This document shows positions 51,489 to 64,000 of a stretch of DNA of 64,000 bases, piece after piece. Within the stretch, counting starts at the first letter, position 1, and each line of letters starts with the position of its first letter. Source of the DNA: Nemertoderma westbladi. Taxonomy: Eukaryota; Animalia; Xenacoelomorpha. The translations under genes and the position numbers were made by a program. Where the stretch lies: contig JAUCBJ010007513.1 of the NCBI GenBank assembly GCA_032718475.1, forward strand, positions 1-64,000, given 5' to 3'. The notes beneath the pieces are model-generated. The model was not told the origin of the DNA, searched no databases, and was given only the letters and a program-made list of their open reading frames with translations.

Positions 51489-52679
51489 TGTTCGCGCTTT
51501 CAGACCTTTAGCAGTTTAACCTGCCAATTTTAGGTGTCCTCTTGTTTATAAATCGACTTTAGCCTATAACAATTATTTAATGCACATGAAGTAACATTAG
51601 CCGAAGCCAGTCTATGCGCGATCATTCACCCACAGTTAAGGGAGACTGGATTTGGGTGCTTTGAAGTTATTGCATTGCAGACCTACTGTATTATTCGATT
51701 GATCGTTACTATATAATCTCTGACAATATTATTCACTTTCGGGGAAATATTAACAGTTCCTTTAGGACATGGCGCTTTAAATATAAAACAGAGTTATGAC
51801 TTATACTAAACACAACGAGATGGCTACTGATTTTCGTAAATAGCGCATTCTTTAGGAGATGCTTTATTATCTGTCACACTGCTGCATACGACTTCACACT
51901 GCTGCACACTGATCTGCCGACCGTCACTGAATTTTACCATATATAAGGAGGATAGCAACTGACACATGTAGGGATTATGAAATAGCATTTAATTCACACT
52001 AAAACCACTGTAATGTAAGTCGCAATTGCTACCGGTAACCGGTCCCTCTTACCTTCAGTAATCAAGAAGATTGGGGGTTTTATGATTATTTATCGGTATT
52101 CTCCAAATATAACAACATATCCATCAACATATAACAATTAATAACAGACAGTAAACAGAAGTAAAATAATGCGGTGAAAGTCAGTATGTTGGTACCGCAG
52201 TTGCAGCCAGGTGCAGTTGTTATGGTTTATTGCACAGTTGCACAGTGCAGTAGGGCCAGTTGACAAGATAATAGATTTACGTTCTTATAATCAAAGCCGT
52301 CTAATGTTGGCCAAAGTCTGAAACTTCTAACACAGAAGTACAGAAGAATTTCAAAGCAATTGTTCTCGCTCAGAAAGGTAAACAAAGACAGTAATGCATT
52401 GCGCGGTTTTCCGTAGGCCTCTGTACAAGATAAAATGAAAATCGCTCTGATTGGCCGAGCCTGAACAAAGAGAGGCTCCACGTGTCCAGTAAATCAGCTG
52501 GCAGATTTCGTCATCGGAGTTCCAGTTTTTTAGAGTATTACGGCAGAAAATGGCTTGTTATGTCCGCTAAAACACCTACAAGGTACATTGCGGAGAAAAT
52601 GGCTTGTTATGTCCGCTAAAACAACTACACAGTTCATTGCGGAGAAAAATGACTTGTTATATCCGCAAAAGCTTTTACA
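51489..52679 (-). repeat. 5' LTR of BEL family B
   Basis: Matches 34085-35285 with scattered substitutions and a ~10-bp indel. Confidence 0.93.
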
Positions 52680-52755
52680 CAGACTATTCCTAAATGTATC
52701 CCTTCTCACTATCAAACACTTCGTGGAAGATGACCCCAATCAAATCGGTGATATA

Positions 52756-52835
52756 CCCAGTCAAAAAGACACATGCGATCCACATGTTTTTTGCGCGTGA
52801 CCCGCATGCGTATCACATGAACAATTTTGACTGGG
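52756..52835. mobile_element. 80-bp MITE with TA target duplication
   Basis: cccagtcaaaa...ttttgactggg; empty site visible at ~31400. Confidence 0.85.
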
Positions 52836-53904
52836 TACTTTTACAACTCATGAACTGTGTGTTTTTTACACGTAAAACTACTCCCACCCTATTCAGTAGG
52901 GTGGGCCGATTTTTAGTTTTTGTTGAATTTTTATTTGTCTACCAATTAAAAAGTTGCTTTTCCATCCGAAATCAACATAAAAATTATTTTTATTGCGAAA
53001 AAATGAAAAATACCCCCTGCACCATGAGCTAGAAAATTTAGAATTAACCAAAAAAATACATTTAATTATTATACTGTAGTTTTAATATTTTGAATTACTG
53101 CATATTGGTATTCTCTTCTTTATTAAGAAATGTTATGGAAATTCTAATAAAAACGATGTATTCGATGCCATAAAGGATAGAAGACTCGTACACATAATCA
53201 ATAATAAGACATTTTTGTTACAATTTGATTATTTCAATTAAAACAGAACCTAATTCATATTATTTTCAATGATATAAAATATGTTAGAAAATGGGAGGGA
53301 AATTGAAACAGTATGAATAATGTGGATATTGTGGATGCTTTAGCCGAATTTTTCGACTCACAAGGAATTCAAACTGTGTTGTTGGTTAGTCAAATATGCT
53401 ATTCATGAAATTAACAAAAACTTATTTTTTTTTAAATAGTAAATGTTAATAAACCTAAAAATGCTATAAAAAATAGGCATATATTTATTTTGAAAAAGGC
53501 ATCTGCAATAATATGAAAATTAAATCTATTTAAATAAATTAATATAAGTATTACAAAATATTTCTTTATATATATCTTACTATCAAAAATATAATATCTA
53601 CAAAATCTCAGGTCTGTTTGTTAAATTTTACAAATTGCTACCTTAAGAAAGTAGTGAATAATAATTGTATTAATATTTAATATTTAATTTGAAATAAATT
53701 GGAGCAAATTCGCATAAAGGTATGTTTGTCAGAACTATATTTAAAAAATAATATTTATTAAATGTGAGGTTCCCTCCCACCTTGGAGTAGTGTTTGCATT
53801 GAATTTACATTTCTCTTGGGAGTATAGTTCTAGGGGGGACCGCACTGTAAACAAGTTGTCAGACTTTGTAGTAATCCCTTGACTAATGGCCGAAAAAAAC
53901 CTTA

Positions 53905-54045
53905 CCTGGGGGAAATAGTTCGAGGGGGCCATTGTCCTGGGGGCAATTATCTGGGGGGCAATTGTCCTCGGGGGAAATTGTCCGAGGGCAATTGTCCAGG
54001 GGGAAATAGACCGGGGGGGGATTGTCCAGGGGGCAATTGTCCTGT
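53905..54045. repeat. G-rich gggggcaattgtcc repeat cluster
   Basis: About 7 imperfect units; similar cluster at ~56540-56640. Confidence 0.8.
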
Positions 54046-54057
54046 CGGTGAAAGGAT

Positions 54058-54683
54058 AACAAAGACCCAAGATTTTACTGCCCGTTCTGTACAAAACAAA
54101 GACCAAGACTTTACTGTCCGTTATGTACAAAACAAAGACTAAAGACTTTACTGCCCGTTCTGACAAAACAAAGACCCAAGACTTTACTGCCCCTTCTGTA
54201 CAAAACAAAGACCCAAGACTTTACTGCCCGTTCTGTACAAAACAAAGACTAAAGACTTTACTGCCCGTTCTGACAAAACAAAGACCCAAGACTTTACTGT
54301 CCGTTATGTACAAAACAAAGACCAAAGACTTTACTGCCCGTTCTGACAAAACAAAGACCCAAGACTTTACTGTCCGTTCTGTACACAACAAAGACCCAAG
54401 ACTTTACTGCCCGTTCTGTACAAAACAAAGACCCAAGACATTACTGCCCGTTCTGTACAAAACAAAGACCCAAGACTTTACTGACCGTTCTGTACAAAAC
54501 AAAGACCCAAGACTTTACTGCCCGTTCTGTACAAAACAAAGACCCAAGACTTTACTGCCCGTTCTGTACAAAACAAAGCCCCGAGACTTTACTGCTTGTT
54601 CTGTACAAAACAAAGACCCAAGACTTTACTGCTCGATCTGTACAAAACAAAGACCCAAGATTTTACTGCCCGTTCTGCACAAA
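54058..54683. repeat. 37-bp tandem array, about 17 copies
   Basis: Unit caagactttactgcccgttctgtacaaaacaaagacc. Confidence 0.95.
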
Positions 54684-54971
54684 CTATTACTTCTAGGATC
54701 GACATGCTGCATTGCGGCTGCATTATTAAGAATGCTGTGCTGGCTTGTCGACAAAATTGCGCCGCCACAACTCCCTATCACCCGTGAAATTCGCTAGATC
54801 ATTCGCATCTTCAAGGCCAGTGTCCTTTAAGATGCGTCTCAAGAAAGTCATGGGCTGTCCACCATGCTTATTCACTCCATGAGGCTGCCAAAGTACAAGA
54901 TTATGCACTGGCTGGTCCTCACGGCGAAAGCAATGTCCTGCAAAGCGGAGGCGATTTTGTTCTAGTGTCAA
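54684..54971 (-). mobile_element. RTE 3'-end fragment
   Basis: Reverse complement of ~4018-4301 (LEQNRLRFAGHC...), including the tail. Confidence 0.9.
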
Positions 54972-56771
54972 AACAAAGAGTTAAAGTTGCGTTAGGTCCA
55001 AAACAGAGTTAGGTCCTAAAGAGCGTAAGGTCCCATTGCCATTTAAATGATCAGGTTAGTAAAGGAGCAGGTTACAGAGGCGTATTGGGGGAATCAAAAC
55101 AATAAACGAAAGTTAACACATGTTACAAGATTATGCAGGTTACTTAATTAGGTCTTTGTTTTGTACTCACCCAGAAGCGCCAACATTGATATATTAATTA
55201 TCAATTAATTGTTTGCGTGTTAATATACTGTAATTAGAGCATAAAATAATTTGTAAAATTTAAGCAATTTTACTAATAATTGATTTCTTTCAGTGAGTTA
55301 GTGCAGGGGTCAAATTATATTATTGAATTAAATACCAAATTGTTAACATAATTTTCATCCTGTTAGAAAAGGTTTATAAAGAAGAAAACACATCTATGCA
55401 GTAAATGGCATTATTAAAACTACTGTAATAAATTAAATTTTTTTTGGTTAATTGTAAATTTTCGATCTCTTGGTGCAGGGGGTAATTTTCATTTTTTCAC
55501 ACTAAAAATAATTTGTATGTTGATTTCGGATAGAAAGGCAACTTTTTAGTTGGTAGACAATTAAAAATTCAACAAAAACTGAAAATCGGCCCACCCTACT
55601 ATTCAGCCACTCAGTAATTAGTAATACGTATAAGGGTAAATTTCATAACATTATGGTCCCTACTTCTTACAGACCCATTGAATCGAGCCGCGTCCTTGGG
55701 AAGTAGTTTGAATAGTGACTGTTTGAGGCATACCGCAGCGGACTACCAACCCATATCCTATACAAATGTCATATAAGCTGTCATCGATGAAAACACATTC
55801 TTTGACGTCAATGAATACTGCACACACATCATCCCAATCTTTAATTGTCAATTTGATATTGAATCAACCTTCGACGATGTCGACTATGTAATACTAGCCA
55901 AGAGGTAACTCATGCATCATAGGCATAGCTACCCTGTCTCTCAGCACGTATGTTCAACAAGCTTGCAGCAGATGGGATTCCTGAGAAATTATTGCTGAAA
56001 TCGGATCAATATACAATGGTTCTACAACATTTATGTCTAACACTGATGGTGAGACTTGAAGTTCTTTGGGGAGTCTTTCAGGGAGACAGACTTCCACCAT
56101 TATTGACACTAATTATGGTTAATTATGTTCTAGTAATTTCTAGACCATGTTATTAAGATGAGGTGATTGTAACACCCCCTACAGACTCCAGAAGAAGAGG
56201 TATTTCAGCCAAGCACCTTACTGGTCTAGACTTTGCTGATGAGGTAGAAGTACTGGAGGGAGCCTCACTGCTCCTAGTGCTGGTCTTGCTGTTAACTCCA
56301 AAAAGACAAAAATTTTGCCTGTTAACATTCTGGCAGTCCTAAGGAGATATGTAATCGTATGATCATAAGCTCCAATGAGAGTGTGACTGAGCATGTGGTA
56401 GACTTTTGCTACTTGGAGTTATGGATCCGAATGTCGGGCGAAAATATTCAAAATGGTAAGGGGAAGGAAGACATGGGAAGTATTGAATAGGGATTAGTTC
56501 TGAATAAAACCTCCACATATTATTATACATGCGTTAATAAATGTCCGGGGGGCAATATTACTCGGGGGCAATTGTCCGGGGGTAATTCTCCTCGGGGGCA
56601 ATTGTCCGGGGGTGCAATAGTCCGTGGGGCAATTGTCCTGTCCGACTGTGGGGCTGATAAATGTGAAAGTATGTTTTGATTTGTGGTTTGCGCTATATTT
56701 CAATTCTTACTATTAATTGGATATTGATGTTTGACATTGGTTGAATAGTTATAAGAACCCCCCCCCCTTAA

Positions 56772-57503
56772 GGGGAGGGCGGTACACCATTTTCGGACAA
56801 CTCTTCAATTTATCACTCTCAGCGTTTCAAAATTGTTTGGTTTGGGCTATAATTTGGAATATAGGTGCCTAAGATGCTATTCTACATGACAGGTTAGAAA
56901 ATTTTTATTTTTCGCTATTTAATATTAGTTAATACTAGTTAACAATAAAAAAAACTTGGTTGCGCTTAAAACCCTAAGGCTTTTACAGTTTTGAATCTAA
57001 TTACATGAACGTTTTTTTATATGATATATCAAAGATGGGGCAACATAACTATCAGGCGAAATTTTGTGAAAATAATTCTGCACCGCTAGGTGGCACTGCA
57101 AATTTATGCCTAATTTTTAGGTTTGTTATAAATAGTATTAAATTTAATTAACAAACAATTTCGAAAAGTTGTCTGATACTTTTATGCAGGGTGGCTATGT
57201 AGACACCCACAGAAAGTTTCAGACTAATTGCTCAAAAATTGTAAAAGTAGTAGGGATTTGAAGTTGACAATTTCATAAAAAAAATATTTTGAGATAATCA
57301 ACGTTTCATTATACATAGTAATAGTAATTTCAATAGGAATCCCTAAATAGAAATTGTTATAACTTAAAAACTAAAAGAGCTATTAAATAGCAGTTTTCAG
57401 ATTTGGAAACACCATTCAATGGTGCATTATAATAGATCATAAAATAAATTCGACATATTTTTGACCAAAATGGTGTACCCCCCCCCCCCCCCCCCCCCCC
57501 CCC
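56772..57503. mobile_element. Kolobok-like non-autonomous element
   Basis: ttaa|gggg...ggtacaccatttt ... aaaatggtgtacc(C)n|ttaa: TTAA target with RR..YY termini. Confidence 0.7.
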
Positions 57504-57573
57504 TTAAGTAAACCAAACAACCCCCACCGTCACCAAAGTTTACAATAACAAACAATACGTATTCCTTTGTTAT

Positions 57574-57718
57574 TTATTTCGAATATCCCATTTCCTGTAG
57601 TATTTGTAACTTTGTTGAAATTATCCAGTTGTGGAAGTGCGTGACGTCAGTGTATACTCCGGGATGTCTATATTCACCACATCCATCTCCCCAGCTGTTT
57701 ATTCCAACTAATGCAAAC
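57574..57718 (-). CDS. Trypsin-like (S1) serine protease, last coding exon
   Basis: catag acceptor; [33 protein letters not shown]...*; upstream exons not seen in the window. Confidence 0.9.
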
Positions 57719-57849
57719 CTATGTCGAAATACCAACAACGATTCAGAAGTTTACACTATTTAATATTATATAACTTCATTCATCTCTTTTCCTTCATTCT
57801 TCATTTAACTTCATTCTACATTAACTTGATAATCGTCTTGACTAAGGTG

Positions 57850-60800
57850 CAGTACCGGTCGACTCGGCAGCATAAGCGCCACCAGATCTCACGTTCTGCC
57901 ATACACAGTACAGGTAGACTCAGCAACATAAGCGCCACCAGATCTTACGTTCAGCCATACACAGTACCGGTGGACTCAGCAACATAAGCGCCACCAGATC
58001 TCACGTTCTGCCATACACAGTACCGGTGGACTCAGTAACATAAGCGCCACCAGATCTCACGTTCTGCCATACACAGTACAGGTAGACTCAGCAACATAAG
58101 CGCCACCAGATCTTACGTTCAGCCATACACAGTAACGGTGGACTCAGCAACATAAGCGCCACCAGATCTCACGTTCAGCCATACACAGTACAGGTAGACA
58201 CAGCAACATAAGCGCCACCAGATCTCACGTTCTGCCATACACAGTACCGGTGGACTGAGCAACATAAGAGCCACCAGATCTCACGTTCAGCCATACACAG
58301 TACAGGTAGACTCAGCAACATAAGCGCCACCAGATCTCACGTTCTGCCATACACAGTACCGGTGGATTCAGCAACATAAGCGCCACCAGATCTCACGTTC
58401 TGCCATACACAGTACCGGTGGACTCAGCAACATAAGCGCCACCAGATCTCACGTTCTGCCATACACAGTACCGGTGGACTGAGCAACATAAGCGCCACCA
58501 GATCTCACGTTCAGCCATACACAGTACCGGTGGACTCAGCAACATAAGCGCCACCAGATCTCACGTTCAGCCATACACAGTACCGGTAGACTCAGCAACA
58601 TAAGCGCCACCAGATCTCACGTTCAGCCATACACAGTACCGGTGGACTCAGCAACATAAGCGCCACCAGATCCCACGTTCAGGCATACACAGTACCGGTG
58701 GACTCAGCAACATAAGCCCCACCAGATCTCACGTTCAGGCATACACAGTACCGGTGGACTCAGCAACATAAGCGCCACCAGATCTCACGTTCTGCCATAC
58801 ACAGTACCGGTGGACTCAGCAACATAAGCGCCACCAGATCTCACGTTCAGCCATACACAGTACCGGTGGACTCAGCAACATAAGCGCCACCAGATCTCAC
58901 GTTCAGCCATACACAGTACCGGTAGACCCAGCAACATAAGCGCCACCAGATCTCACGTTCAGCCATACACAGTACCGTTGGACTCAGCAACATAAGCGCC
59001 ACCAGATCTCACGTTCAGCCATACACAGTACCGGTAGACCCAGCAACATAAGCGCCACCAGATCTCACGTTCAGCCATAAACTGTACCGGTGGACTCAGC
59101 AACATAAGCGCCACCAGATCTCACGTTCAGCCATACACAGTACCGGTAGACCCAGCAACATAAGCGCCACCAGATCTCACGTTCAGCCATACACAGTACA
59201 GGTAGACTCAGCAACATAAGCGCCACCAGATCTCACGTTCAGCCATACACAGTACCGGTGGACTCAGCAACATAAGCGCCACCAGATCTCACGTTCTGCC
59301 ATACACAGTACCAGTGGACTCAGCAACATAAGCGCCACCAGATGTCACGTTCAGCCATACACAGTACCGGTGGACTCAGCAACATAAGCGCCATCAGATC
59401 TCACGTTCTGCCATACACAGTACCGGTGGACTCAGCAACAAAAGCGCCACCAGATCTCACGTTCTGTCAAACACAGTACCGGTGGACTCAGCAACATAAG
59501 CGCCACCAGATCTCACGTTCAGCCATACACAGTACCGGTGGACTCAGCAACATAAGCGCCACCAGATCTCACGTTCAGCCATACACAGTACCGGTAGACC
59601 CAGCAACATAAGCGCCACCAGATCTCACGTTCAGCCATACACAGTACCGTTGGACTTAGCAACATAAGCGCCACCAGTTCTCACGTTCAGCCATACACAG
59701 TACCGGTAGACCCAGCAACATAAGCGCCACCAGATCTCACGTTCAGCCATACACTGTACCGGTGGACTCAGCAACATAAGCGCCACCAGATCTCACGTTC
59801 AGCCATACACAGTACCGGTAGACCCAGCAACATAAGCGCCACCAGATCTCACGTTCAGCCATACACAGTACAGGTAGACTCAGCAACATAAGCGCCACCA
59901 GATCTCACGTTCAGCCATACACAGTACCGGTGGACTCAGCAACATAAGCGCCACCAGATCTCACGTTCAGCCATACACAGTACCGGTGGACTCAGCAACA
60001 TAAGCGCCACCAGATCTCACGTTCAGCCATACACAGTACCGGTGGACTCAGCAACATAAGCGCCACCAGATCCCACGTTCAGGCATACACAGTACCAGAG
60101 GACTCAGCAACATAAGCGCCACCAGCTCTCACGTTCAGGCATACACAGTACCGGTGGACTGAGCAACATAAGCGCCACCGGATCTCACATTCAGCCATAC
60201 ACAGTACCGGTGGACTCAGCAACATAAGCGCCACCAGATCTCACATTCTGCGATACACAGTACCGGTGGACTCAGCAACATAAGCGCCACCAGATGTCAC
60301 GTTCAGCCATACACAGTACCGGTGGACTCAGCAACATAAGTGCCATCAGATCTCACGTTCTGCCATACACAGTACCCGTGGACTCAGCAACATAAGCGCC
60401 ACCAGATCTCACGTTCTGTCAAACACAGTACCGGTGGACTCAGCAACATAAGCGCCACCAGATCTCACGTTCAGCCATACACAGTACCGGTGGACTCAGC
60501 AACATAAGCGCCACCAGATCTCACGTTCAGGCATACACAGTACCGGTAGACTCAGCAACATAAGCGTCACCAGATCTCACATTAGCCATACACAGTACCG
60601 GTGGACTCAGCAACATAAGCGCCACCGATCTCACGTTCAGCCATACACAGTACCGGTGGACTCAGCAACATAAGCGCCACCAGATCTCACGTTCTGCCGT
60701 ACACAGTACCGGTAGACCCAGCAACATAAGCGCCACCAGATCTCACGTTCAGCCATACACAGTACCGGTGGACTCAGCAACATAAGCGCCACCAGATCTC

Positions 60801-60872
60801 ACGTTCTGCCATACACAGTACCGGTAGACCCAGCAACATAAGCGCCACCAGATGTCACGTTAGCCATACACT
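57850..60872. repeat. 56-bp tandem array, about 54 copies
   Basis: Unit cagtaccggtggactcagcaacataagcgccaccagatctcacgttcagccataca; no unique spacers. Confidence 0.97.
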
Positions 60873-60914
60873 TTACCAGTTCATCCCTGTTCTCTAGAAC
60901 AGGCTGTTCTCTAT

Positions 60915-63900
60915 GGTCAGGTCAGGTATTCTAGGTCATTGATCAAGAAAACTTGCCACCTCCATGCAGCATAAAGGAGGTGCCACCTGTAGCTGCATAG
61001 ACCCTCTTACTAGGGCAAATCTGGTCCTGTAACTAGGACCCCCTTCGTTCTGGGATAAGGACGTCCTTGGTCCTGGATTAAGGACCCATATACTTGGCTG
61101 CAGGGGTATATGGCCTGACCAGGCAGATGGTGATCTACCAATGGCTGGTCAGGAGTAGAGTGTTCTTATGTCCACTCTGAGAGCACTTCACTGCGACCTG
61201 CACCTGGCAGCAAGGGTACAGGGCATGACCCAGCAGATGAGCTGCATCAGCCAATGGTGGGTCATATGAGTCACAGAGTAGATATGGGTGATGGGCCTCA
61301 TATCTGACTCCATTGCGACACCCACCCTGTGGAATGGCAAACCAGGGTGTGGTATTTGCCCCGAGAGCTGACTCGGCAAAACAGCACCCCCCAACCACCA
61401 CTATGGATTACATTAGCAATGCGGAGGTCCGGCCACTAGAGGCCAGTGGAATTACCGGACACAATTGGCCTCACAGGCGTCAGTTAACTCCTGACCGGCT
61501 GCCTGTCTCACCCCCTACTGGAGAGAGAGCAGCCAACAATTCTTTGAGTCCCTTTCCTGATGACCTTTCTGGCCCAAACCCTGGGTCACCAGGGAGGCCA
61601 GATTGTGGTGGGGAGAGGGATTCTGGAGTTGCAGGCTACTCTCATGTTCCACCCCGACCAACAAAGCCATTGGTGAATCTGAGGCAAGTCACTAGACTAG
61701 CCTCAGTAAACACCCTAACACTCGGGTCCCCAATGCGACAAGGTGAGCTGACTGCCTTGGCAGATAAGCTTTCTCTTAGCGCAGTGGGTGTTCAAGAGCA
61801 CCGAATGCAGACTGGACAGTCTGATGAGGTTATGATTAAGGACATGGGGGGCGGTTGGCGACTCGCCCTCGCGTCAGCAGATGATAGTGGCAATGGTGGA
61901 ATTGGTCTATTGATGAATCCAACTGCACATGCAGCATTGGACAAAATAGACCAAATCTCTAACCGCATCATCCGTTGCCACTTCTCATGTTCTGGAAGAC
62001 TGGCTAAGAAGTTTCCTAAGGTGGTTCTGATTGTGTGCTACTCTCCAACTAGTGTTGCCCCTGTAGAGGAGGTGGAAAATTTCTACCACAATCTACAAGC
62101 AGCTACTGATGGAGTGGATCAGCATGCATTCTTAACATTCCTGGGAGACTTTAATGCGAGTCTGCATCAATCACCTACATCGCCCTGGGTCTATAGCAAT
62201 AGTGTTAACCGAAATTCTGTCCATCTTCAGGATTTTGTCTCTGGAAATGGATTGTTTTCGGCTGGAACCCAGTTCAAGAAGCGAACTGGAAAGCTATGGA
62301 CTCATAGTGGACCCAGTGGTCACAAGTCCCAGATAGACCATATTCTGTTTCGTAGGAAATACAGGAGCTCTATACAAGACTTTAATGCATTTACACTTCG
62401 ACCCTTCTCCAGTGATCACCGCCTTATTGTGGCCAAGGTAAGACTTAGTCTGCGTGCTAGCAGAACAACGAAATCTGCCTTGCCGCGGCATGACTGGTCC
62501 TCTCTGTTGCAACAGCCAAGTGTAAGATCCAGCTTCACACTACAGCTGAGCAACAGGTATGAGGCTCTTGCCTCTGAGGCGGCAGATCACTGTGAGGGCT
62601 ATACTGCCTTTACAGAAGCAGTTTAGTTAGCAGCTGCAGAAACAGTTCCTGTATACCCTCGAAACAGGAAAAGGGCCCCCTGGACTGACAAAAAAATTCA
62701 GAAGTGCCGAAATGACCTTCATAAGGCGCAGAAAGAGTCCCGACTCAAACAGACTACAGCGGCCAAGAATGCAGTTAAGGCTGCATCTAGGTCCCTGAAC
62801 AGGCAGTACTCTGTTAATCTACAGGAGCTAATAAACCAACAGGTTGATGCCATCAATGATGCTGACGACAGCAGGCAATCATCCCAGGCATGGAAATCGA
62901 TCAATCTGCTTACTGGGCGGAAAAGCCAACCAACAACCCAGGTTAAGACTGAATCACCAGCCGATCGCCTCAATGGTTGGAAGGCCCACTTCGAAAAGCT
63001 CCTCAATAATGACAGGGTATTGCCTGATAACTTTATAGAAGTAAAAGTGTCTGAGTCTGTACTCCCAGATATTCCCATTGGCGATATCTCCTTTGCAGAA
63101 GTGAAGGCTGCTGCAAAGAGCATTAAGACCAATCGTGCCAGGTGGGGTAGATGGTGTTCCCCCTGAGGTCTTTAAAATACCTGAGTGTTTAAAGCTCATC
63201 TATCCCATCATAGTAGACATGTACCGAACAACAAGAGTCCCACAAGAAATGAAAACAAATAAGTTGGTGCCAGTTCCCAAGAAGGGCAACCTAACACTCT
63301 ATGGTTCTTTTCGGGGAATCTCATTGATCTCGATTGCTGCAAAGCTATACAATAGGATTCTATTAAATCGCATCAGGGATCCCATTGAGAGACTGCTCCG
63401 TGGAAATCATAATGGGTTCCGTAAAGGTCGTGGGACCATGGAGCACATTTTGGCACTTAGAAGGATAATTGAAGAATTATCAAAAAAGAAAGACAGGCAT
63501 CTGGCTGTTATCTTTGTTGACTTCTTCAAGGCCTTTGATTCAGTCTCTCGCTCACGTATGTTCAGCATACTTTCATTATATGGGATTCCTGATGAAATTA
63601 TTGCAGCAATCAGATCAGTATACGATGGTTCGACAACATTTGTGTCTACTGTTGATGGTGACACAGAACCATTTGAAGTGTTATGGGTCGTCCTCCAAGG
63701 AGACACACTTGCACCATTCTTGTTCATTATTGTGGTTGACTATGTTCTACGCATGTCCTTAGATCATCATAATGATGATGGGGTGATGATAACTCCACCT
63801 ACTGGCTCCAGAAGTCGAGGAAATCCTGCCAAGTACCTAACTGATCTAGACTTGGCTGATGACTTAGGAGTACTCTCAGAATCATTAGAGGGAGCCCAAC

Positions 63901-64000
63901 GGCTCCTCAGCTCATTAGAACATGCTGCTTCTAGTGTTGGTCTTTTTATTAACTCCAGAAAGACCAAAATTATAACAGTTAACTTTGAAAGTCCTCAGCA
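60915..64000 (+). mobile_element. Near full-length RTE LINE (5' UTR, AP endonuclease, RT), inactivated, runs off the window
   Basis: ATG 61403; GVQEHR, CYSPT, LGDFNA, QIDHI, SDH; premature TAG at 62624, frameshift ~63145, LADD in place of FADD. Confidence 0.93.

Larger units (their letters stand above)
34085..52679 (-). mobile_element. BEL/Pao LTR retrotransposon family B, full span with nested insertions, coding region disrupted
   Basis: Two near-identical ~1.2-kb LTRs, purine tract gggagcgg before the 3' LTR, gag-PR-RT-RH-IN order; flanks (gagga, cagac) do not form a TSD. Confidence 0.95.
52897..55598. mobile_element. Non-autonomous hAT-like element with nested repeats
   Basis: tagggtgggccgatt termini with ~170 bp of inverted similarity, 8-bp TSD ctattcag; empty site at ~31456. 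Confidence 0.9.

Noticed and set aside
51510-51526. tggcaggttaaactgc as a tRNA PBS
   Set aside because: It lies inside the LTR, is present in the 3' LTR too, and matches no tRNA end I recognise.
57850-60872. CRISPR-like array (also the 19-, 37- and 84-bp arrays)
   Set aside because: Units are contiguous with only point variants; no unique spacers, no cas genes, eukaryotic context.

Overview
AT-rich, intron-containing, repeat-dense animal (probably invertebrate) genomic DNA; nothing prokaryotic. Three host genes lie on the minus strand and are poorly or not at all captured by the ORF track: a 3-exon single-CUB secreted protein (13131-9087), a 2-exon calbindin/calretinin-like EF-hand protein (30306-21430) and the last exon of a trypsin-like protease (57718-57574). 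The rest is largely nested transposons: an 18.6-kb decayed BEL/Pao element with both LTRs (34085-52679), the 5' end of a sister BEL family (1-2732), other LTRs, RTE, L2/CR1, Penelope and CRE-like retroelements, tRNA-derived SINEs, P, hAT, Tc1-, MULE- and Kolobok-like elements, and several tandem arrays. Main discovery: three LTR families here, two of them BEL/Pao, have no tRNA primer-binding site. Instead the 11-13 nt abutting the 5' LTR are perfectly complementary to a site inside their own LTR, and both sites have changed together between families. This is the signature of Tf1-like self-primed reverse transcription, which I know only from Gypsy-type elements. All calls are by eye, with no database searches.
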